Below are positions 57,600 to 64,000 of a stretch of 64,000 nt of DNA, in pieces. Position 1 is the first letter of the stretch. Each line of letters opens with the position of its first letter. The notes beneath the pieces were generated by a model. That model worked only from the letters and a program-made list of their open reading frames with translations. It was not told the origin of the DNA and did not search any database. The translations under genes were made by a program, and so were the position numbers. The stretch spans positions 32,001 through 96,000 of the IMG/VR virus record IMGVR_UViG_2922690425_000004, one strand, 5' to 3'. Origin of the DNA: a virus (Duplodnaviria; Caudoviricetes).

Positions 57600-57777
57600 T
57601 TGCATTTTACCTTTTGGTATTGGTATAATGAAGTAAATCAGAACAAGTGTTCTTGTTTATTGGTTATTCGACATTTTGCGACATAAATATTGTAGATCAT
57701 TCCATATAAAGGGTTTTGTCAAGAAATATTCGTATGATATGAATTTCAGTTGCCTAACTCTGGAAATATCATATAAT
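57600..57777 (+). promoter_or_regulatory. Promoter hub: sigmaA promoters, LexA box, tandem Spo0A boxes, shared palindrome
   Basis: TG-TATAAT at 57624; AGAAC-AAGT-GTTCT 57640-53; TTCGACA 57667-73 and TGCGACA 57677-83; GAAATATTCGTATGATATGAA 57723-43. Confidence 0.6.
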
Positions 57778-57813
57778 TAATGTATAGAAAAAATATTACA
57801 GAGGAGAAAAGTT

Positions 57814-58194
57814 ATGCAGCATGAAGAGCTAGTCGAAGCATTACAGATTCCTGAAAAGGCAGATATAATTATAAATTTGATGAACTTTCTTTTACGTTCT
57901 AATGACGATAGAAGTGAAATGTTCTTTTACTGTTGTAAACAAAAAGGCTTAGAGTTGGAGTTTCTTGGGAAGAAAAGAAGGGCATTAATCGACCAATATG
58001 GATATAAAAATAAAGAAGATTTTGTTGCTGATTACTTAGAAGACAAAGCTAAAGCTTTAGAGAAATTATGCCAAGAAAAAGCGGAAGAATGTATATTGAT
58101 TAAATTTAAAACGAATAATCCCGACAAGATTTATAATGCCTACACTAGAAGCGGAAAATATACAGCAATGATTAGATTAGCGTACTTAGCCTAG
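57814..58194 (+). CDS. Hypothetical protein
   Basis: GAGGAG RBS. Confidence 0.6.
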   Translation: MQHEELVEALQIPEKADIIINLMNFLLRSNDDRSEMFFYCCKQKGLELEFLGKKRRALIDQYGYKNKEDFVADYLEDKAKALEKLCQEKAEECILIKFKTNNPDKIYNAYTRSGKYTAMIRLAYLA

Positions 58195-58414
58195 AAGTAT
58201 AATGCCGACATAGATTCGGCAAATTACATAAGGAAATTTAAAATATAAAAATAATTAAAATAACTATTGACTACACTCATTAATGCTGATATATTTAAAT
58301 AGAACCAAAGATTAAGTGAAAGATAATATGAGTAAAAGAATACTTTTATCAAGATAGACAGTTACCAAAAGGCAATACACAATACATATTTCCAATAAAG
58401 ATAAGGGAGAAGAT

Positions 58415-58959
58415 ATGGTATTTACGAAAATGAATTCAATGGAAAGAAAGTAAGACATCTCAATAATTACAGAACTATTTTTATACCAGAATATCACAAA
58501 ACACTAAGAGGAAGGGGATATGAAGGATTTGTATATGAACACATATATATTGCAGAGGACATGATTGGACGTGAATTGAGACTTAAAGAAGTTGTACACC
58601 ATCTTGACCTTAACAAGCAAAACAATCATCCAAAAAATCTAATTGTACTTGAGAGTTCTCAACATGCTAAATTGCATGGTTGGCTGAAAAGAATCGATTT
58701 CAATAGTACAGTTAAACATCTTTATTGCTCTCCTTATTGCGAGGTTTGTGGGAAGATACTTAAATCTCATCAGCAAAAAACATGTTCTAGTAAATGCGGC
58801 AGTATATCAAGAGGAGTTAATCAGCGTAAGTTGGAATGGCCTAATCCAGAAGAGTTATCTCAAATGATGAACACAATGAGTTGGGTTGCAATTGGTAGAA
58901 AATATAAGGTTAGTGATAACACAGTTCGTAAGTGGGCTAAAAAGTACAATATTTTATAA
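58415..58959 (+). pseudogene. HNH homing endonuclease, apparently frameshifted at the 5' end
   Basis: VYEH...VVHHLDLNKQNNHPKNL frame is open from 58405, but the RBS-linked ATG at 58415 is out of frame. Confidence 0.55.
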
Positions 58960-59097
58960 TACATAAAAACTTACTAAAATAACACACAAAAATGTGTGAT
59001 TATATATAAAAATAAAAATATAAAAGAGAGAGGAGATGTTGATATTGATTGGTTTTCATGGTGTTACATCTTTGAAAAAATAGGGTGAAAGCGAAGT

Positions 59098-59997
59098 ATG
59101 AATTTATCTCCTACATACGGAAATTTTGTTTTAAGAGGAACTGTCCTCGGGTTAGCCGACAAAAAAGCATTTACTGAAGGTCAAACAGAGAATGGCAAAT
59201 GGAAAAGAGTACAGTTTGGAATCAAAGTGTCAGAAAATTCAATTGTGTATGTTGAGTTGTTTGGATCGAAAACCAGCAAAGTTAAGTTGTTTAAAAGTGG
59301 GACAGGTGAACCTTTGACAGTTGAGTGGGATGATTTATATAACAGCGAATACAGTAATTATCGCTATGCGAACCAAGTAAAACTTAACATTAGTCACGGA
59401 AGCATTTGTGATGACATATCGGTTATTGCTTGGGACGCAATTGAAAGCTTCGAAGAACAGTTAAAAGATGGATTAGAAGTACTTGTAAAAGGATCGCTCC
59501 AAATAAATGAATATAAAGGGAATTCCCAAGAACAATTTGTAATTAGAGAGTTATACGCTTTAGAAGGTTTTACTTATGAAAATAAACAGCCAGAAGCTTT
59601 TTTTAGTCAAGAAATTGTTTATGTTGATGCTAATCCATCTAGTATAAATGGAGAGTATTTACTTGATACAAGAATAATAATTAGAAATTCTAATGATTAT
59701 GATATTATCCCATTCAACTTTTATATATATAACAAAGAAGTATATGAGTATTTTAAGAATAATGTTACAATTGGTTCCACTCTTAGAGTTCACGGTAACA
59801 TTCTCAATTATGTACCACTAATAACTATAGAAGGACGCAGAGTTATAAACGGTTCTGTAGTTAAAGGTTTAGAAGTAACTGGTGGAAATGTAGCCTCAAT
59901 AAATTTAAATAATTACGATGTAAATAAACTAGATAAAGTAAATATAAGTGGATCGCCATTTGAAGAAGATACAAATATTAATGAATGGGGATTTTGA
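59098..59997 (+). CDS. Putative OB-fold ssDNA-binding protein, distant YorF paralog
   Basis: LRGTV, VKGSLQINEY and TLRVHGNI motifs; acidic aromatic C-tail. Confidence 0.5.
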   Translation: MNLSPTYGNFVLRGTVLGLADKKAFTEGQTENGKWKRVQFGIKVSENSIVYVELFGSKTSKVKLFKSGTGEPLTVEWDDLYNSEYSNYRYANQVKLNISHGSICDDISVIAWDAIESFEEQLKDGLEVLVKGSLQINEYKGNSQEQFVIRELYALEGFTYENKQPEAFFSQEIVYVDANPSSINGEYLLDTRIIIRNSNDYDIIPFNFYIYNKEVYEYFKNNVTIGSTLRVHGNILNYVPLITIEGRRVINGSVVKGLEVTGGNVASINLNNYDVNKLDKVNISGSPFEEDTNINEWGF

Positions 59998-60113
59998 AAG
60001 GATGTGAGCACATAGATACTGGGTCTATGAGAAGTCCACCTATTTAGATTATTGTTGTAGATTTCTAGATATATCAATTACACAATAATACATAAAATAG
60101 GAGAGATTTATTA

Positions 60114-61046
60114 ATGGCAAACGAAAAAACACTTCAAGAAGCAGAAAACACAGTACATATCGAAGGAACTATTAAAGAAGTGCGAATTGAAGAAGGCACA
60201 CTACCAGATAAGAGAGAAGTAATTTCGGGTGAGATTGATATTCAGGTTGATGAAAACTCTGTTCATACTGTTCACTTGTTCTCATTTAAGTATAAACAAG
60301 ACAAAAGCATCAATGGTATTTACAAAGGCATTAAGACGATGATGGACGAGTATAAAACAGGGGATAAAGTTAGAATCACACAAGGTTCAGTTCGGCTCAA
60401 TGAATACGTTGGTGGCGATGGTCTTTGGAAATCATATCCACAAATCAATACTAACTTTGTAAATCGCGTTAAAGAGTCTGATGTGTTTGAGCCTAAAGCC
60501 AACTTTTCATTTGAATTATTTGTTATATCTGTAAAAGAAGAAATTAAAAATGACGAAAGTACAGGAAGAGCAATTATTAAAGGTTTGATTCCGATTTATG
60601 GTGGAGCGGTCATTCCTTTTGAAGTGGTAGCAGCCGATCCAAAAGCAGTTGCATACGTGACAGATACATATGAAAAAGGAAATACAGTATCCTTGCATGG
60701 AGTTATTGTTAATCAAGAAATTATCAATCGTCGAGAAATTGAAACTGGGTTCGGCGAACCACAAGTAAAGATTGATCGTAAAACAGTCAGAGAGTATTTG
60801 GTTAAAGGTGGATCGGCTCCATATGATGAAGACAGTAAAAATGCATTTGATCCGAAATTAGTCGCTAAAGCCCTTAAAGTTCGTGAATCAGAGATTGAAG
60901 AAAAGAAAGAGAAAAAGAAAAGTGGTCAAGGAAATAAAAATTCTGACGGAGGATTTGGTAAAAATCCTTTCGATGAGCCAACAAAAATTGATCCTTTTTC
61001 TGATAGTAAGCCAATCAATATTTCTGAAGATGATCTGCCGTTTTAA
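60114..61046 (+). CDS. yorF: ssDNA-binding protein, YorF-like
   Basis: DKVRITQG..LNEY...SYPQINTNFVNR; C-terminal EDDLPF. Confidence 0.75.
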   Translation: MANEKTLQEAENTVHIEGTIKEVRIEEGTLPDKREVISGEIDIQVDENSVHTVHLFSFKYKQDKSINGIYKGIKTMMDEYKTGDKVRITQGSVRLNEYVGGDGLWKSYPQINTNFVNRVKESDVFEPKANFSFELFVISVKEEIKNDESTGRAIIKGLIPIYGGAVIPFEVVAADPKAVAYVTDTYEKGNTVSLHGVIVNQEIINRREIETGFGEPQVKIDRKTVREYLVKGGSAPYDEDSKNAFDPKLVAKALKVRESEIEEKKEKKKSGQGNKNSDGGFGKNPFDEPTKIDPFSDSKPINISEDDLPF

Positions 61047-61152
61047 TGGATAGTAGCATTACATAGATTGAAATATAGTTAGATTGTGCTGGCGGCTAGT
61101 TTGCTGCTAGTCGCCTAATTTACATTTTAAATTAGGGAGAGATTTTATACAT

Positions 61153-62154
61153 ATGTCAACATTAGATATTTTTAATCCACAAGTTTCAGTAGTTGCAAGA
61201 GGGCTAGAAGGCAAAATCATCACAATTTATGGTAGTAACAACTTGGGCAAAACTAAGCAAGCTACACGTTTTAAGAAACCTTTTTACCTAGGATTTGAAA
61301 AAGGACTCAATGCAATTGCTGGTGTTCCATTTGCTCCAATCAACAACTGGAGCGACTTTAAAAAGGTAAATAAACAATTAACTCACAAATCCACGGTAAG
61401 TAAAGCGCGAGAAGTATACCAGACTATTATCTTTGATGAAGTTGAAGCATCAGCTCGTTACTGCGCTAAGTATATTTGCGATAAATATGATTCAGATACA
61501 ATTGCATCTGGACGAGATGGGTTTGGTCTTTGGAAAGAGTATGAGACAGCATACTGGGAAGAGATTGATAAGTTGATTGGAGCAGGATTCACAGTTGTTT
61601 TCATTGCCCACCAAACTGAGGATAAAGAAGGAAAGTTCTGGCCTAAAGGTGACAAGAGAGCACTTGCTCCAGTTATCGACAATAGTGATATCGTGGTTTA
61701 CCTTCGTTCCAATGGGACTGATGAAAAAAACCAAGTAATTAAATCTTCTGCTTTCCTTGCTGAAACAGATAAATTCTTTGCTCGTAGCCGCTTTGATTAC
61801 ATCCAAACTGGGCTAAGAGAATTTACTGCTGAAGCATTGGAAGAAGCTATTATCAAAGCAATCGAAAAACAAGAAGAAGTAGAAGGAATTAAGGCTGTTA
61901 CTTATGAGGAGCAAAAAGAGACGCTTAAATCCCAAGATCTGAACTTTGAAGAGTTGAAGACAAATATCATTGCTGCGGGTAGATTTCTGCATGAATGTGG
62001 CAAAGGAGATACAGTTACAGATATCATCGAGAATGGACTTGGAAAAGGTAAAAAGGTTACCGACTTTACAAAGAACCATGTTGAGATGATGGTTGGTGTA
62101 TTGGATGAATTGAATGACGCTGTGCGAGAATTTAAAGAGTCACAGCCGGAATAG
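61153..62154 (+). CDS. yorG: AAA ATPase/Sak4-like recombinase, YorG-like
   Basis: GSNNLGKT Walker A, IIFDE, FIAH and ARSRF motifs. Confidence 0.8.
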   Translation: MSTLDIFNPQVSVVARGLEGKIITIYGSNNLGKTKQATRFKKPFYLGFEKGLNAIAGVPFAPINNWSDFKKVNKQLTHKSTVSKAREVYQTIIFDEVEASARYCAKYICDKYDSDTIASGRDGFGLWKEYETAYWEEIDKLIGAGFTVVFIAHQTEDKEGKFWPKGDKRALAPVIDNSDIVVYLRSNGTDEKNQVIKSSAFLAETDKFFARSRFDYIQTGLREFTAEALEEAIIKAIEKQEEVEGIKAVTYEEQKETLKSQDLNFEELKTNIIAAGRFLHECGKGDTVTDIIENGLGKGKKVTDFTKNHVEMMVGVLDELNDAVREFKESQPE

Positions 62155-62238
62155 AATAACACAGTAAAAGACAGAGTTTATCAGAAAATAGCCTCACTAT
62201 AGAAGTGGGGCTTCATACTAAAACAGGAGCGTGATACG

Positions 62239-62745
62239 TTGGGTGAGCTAATCCTCTCTCTGCTATTGGCGCTATCAGTTTGCAACAACACTGAAGCACA
62301 AAGTGTCAATCAAGTACGAGAAATGAAAAACACGACCATTAAGCAAGAAGTAAAGGTTGCTAAGTTGGGTAAGATTGAACAAGTGAAAAATAAGAAAGAT
62401 ACATACAAATGGGATCGCTTTGAGTTAACAGCCTACACCAATAATCAAGGTAGAAGTGTACACAGCAAAGACTATGGAAGAACTGCTTCAGGTAAAATGA
62501 CAAAGGCTGGTGAAACAATAGCTGCTGACTGGAGGGTACTGCCTAAGGGGACAGTGGTTTATATAGATGGTGTAGGTAGAAGAGTAGTACAGGATAAAGG
62601 TGGAGCAATTAAGGGTCACAAAATTGATGTGTATGTCAGAACAGAAAATGAAGCAAGACAATTTGGTAGAAAGAAACATGTAAAAGTACGAGTGATTAAG
62701 TGGGGAGAGAATAAAGATCGAAAACAATCAGGAACAGCGAATTGA
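62239..62745 (+). CDS. Secreted 3D-domain (lytic transglycosylase-like) protein
   Basis: Signal peptide; LTAY, TASG, IAAD and DKGGAIKGHKIDVY motifs. Confidence 0.85.
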   Translation: MGELILSLLLALSVCNNTEAQSVNQVREMKNTTIKQEVKVAKLGKIEQVKNKKDTYKWDRFELTAYTNNQGRSVHSKDYGRTASGKMTKAGETIAADWRVLPKGTVVYIDGVGRRVVQDKGGAIKGHKIDVYVRTENEARQFGRKKHVKVRVIKWGENKDRKQSGTAN

Positions 62746-63007
62746 GAAAATTTGTGGTGAGGTTGAGTCACTTCTAAAAAGAAAGAATCATGATTACGGA
62801 AATTCTTTTAGTATCCAGTTTGAGAAATATGGAATTTTAAGTGCGCTAATCCGCATGGACGATAAAATGAGAAGACTTGAAAACTTGGTTCAAGGAAGTA
62901 AGGCCAAGGTTGAAGAATCAATTGAAGATACATTACTTGATCAAATTGGTTATGGAATACTCGCTTTAGTTGAATTAAGAAAACAGAAAGAGGGATTGAA
63001 TGGCTAA
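62717..63007 (+). CDS. DUF1599/nucleotide-modification-associated protein with non-canonical start
   Basis: Hand translation: KRKNHDYGNSF...RMDDKMRRL...ESIEDTLLDQIGYG; only ATA/ATC codons follow the GGGGAG RBS. Confidence 0.65.
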   Translation: MENNQEQRIEKICGEVESLLKRKNHDYGNSFSIQFEKYGILSALIRMDDKMRRLENLVQGSKAKVEESIEDTLLDQIGYGILALVELRKQKEGLNG

Positions 63008-63536
63008 GAAAGTATTAGCTGTCGATCAGGACAATGTTATTGCCGACCTGCTCAGTGAGTGGGTACGGCGTTACAATCTTGATTACAATGATGATTTACA
63101 CCCAGATCAAATTAACGCTTGGAATTGGCATCATCTATGCAAAGAAGAATGTGGGGATAAAATATATAAGTATCTTGATGAACCTGACTTCTTTTATAGC
63201 CTGCCCGTAATGGAGGGATGCCAAGAAGTACTGAAAGAATTGAACTACAATTATGACATCTACATTGTGACAGCTCCATTCAACTTGAACAATGTTGTGC
63301 CTAAATATAAATGGCTGGTAAAGCACTTCCCTTTTTTAGATGAAAATAAATTTGTATTTACAAGGGACAAATCTATAATAGCAGCCAATTATTTAATTGA
63401 CGATAAACCTAAAAATTTAGAGAATTTCAAAGGGAATAAGATTCTGTATAATGCACCACACAATCTTGATGAGAAGCGATTTTTTCGAGTAAACAACTGG
63501 AATGAAGTAAGAGAAATTTTGTTGGATTGGAAGTGA
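63000..63536 (+). CDS. 5'(3')-deoxyribonucleotidase (NT5C, HAD family)
   Basis: AVDQDNVIAD, IVTA, KYKWL.KHFPF and LIDDKPKNL motifs. Confidence 0.85.
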   Translation: MAKKVLAVDQDNVIADLLSEWVRRYNLDYNDDLHPDQINAWNWHHLCKEECGDKIYKYLDEPDFFYSLPVMEGCQEVLKELNYNYDIYIVTAPFNLNNVVPKYKWLVKHFPFLDENKFVFTRDKSIIAANYLIDDKPKNLENFKGNKILYNAPHNLDEKRFFRVNNWNEVREILLDWK

Positions 63537-63680
63537 TAAAGTGTTGCCATTTAACTTTGAACGATTATTCGAATTATATAATTACTTAGAAATTGATGAT
63601 ATTGATTATGGAGAGCTTCAGGAGTTACGCGATAAGATTTACGACTTAAAACAAATTGTTGAAGATAAAATGGATGTATA

Positions 63681-63869
63681 TTGATGAACAGAACTAAGAC
63701 GATTAAATACATAAATGAAAATTGCGTTGATGAGATGGTCAAGCAAGTAAAAGTTAAAGGATCAAATATTAATCAGGTTATTGAAGCAGCCAAGGAGTCA
63801 AGGACTCAGTATGGGTTAAAGGTGCAGGAATTTATCGAACAACTAGATGAGGTAGAGAGCGATGTTTAA
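63681..63869 (+). CDS. Hypothetical protein
   Basis: 62-aa ORF. Confidence 0.35.
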   Translation: MMNRTKTIKYINENCVDEMVKQVKVKGSNINQVIEAAKESRTQYGLKVQEFIEQLDEVESDV

Positions 63870-64000
63870 GTGGATAGCATATGGCTTAACTATGCCTAAG
63901 GATATTCTTTTTATCGACAAAAATAATGACGATATGTGGGCATCACATGATAAAGCTTTAGAACATCTAAAAGATAATCGTATAGAATTTGATACTTTGA

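Noticed and set aside
1184-63742. Many short antisense or overlapping ORFs in the track (e.g. 1184, 9924, 19682, 29614, 57068, 61492)
   Set aside because: Shadow frames of well-supported genes, with no RBS or motifs.

Overview
AT-rich segment of a large SPbeta-like temperate phage or prophage of a spore-forming Bacillales host. Left part (1-22.9 kb, minus strand): the late operon, with YonO-type single-subunit RNA polymerase, HU, terminase, portal, prohead protein, major capsid and tail genes, and three glycosyltransferases inserted right behind the major tail gene. At 23-27 kb: a YopP-like tyrosine recombinase, a Rep-like protein with 22-bp iterons, a YonT/SR6-like type I toxin-antitoxin locus and an XRE switch. 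At 28-49.5 kb: an accessory region of small genes, most of them delimited by a palindromic TAAAA-N6-TTTTA site, a candidate gene-cassette system. At 49.5-57.8 kb: the control region, with RsfA, an orphan MazF, YopQ and the YopR/MrpR-like master repressor. No arbitrium aimR/aimP is visible in the window. Instead there is a kinase-less agr-like module (membrane sensor, AgrB, an unannotated AgrD peptide and a stand-alone LytTR). The right end holds YorF/YorG-like recombination genes and nucleotide-metabolism genes. All calls come from reading motifs and gene order by eye; no searches were run.
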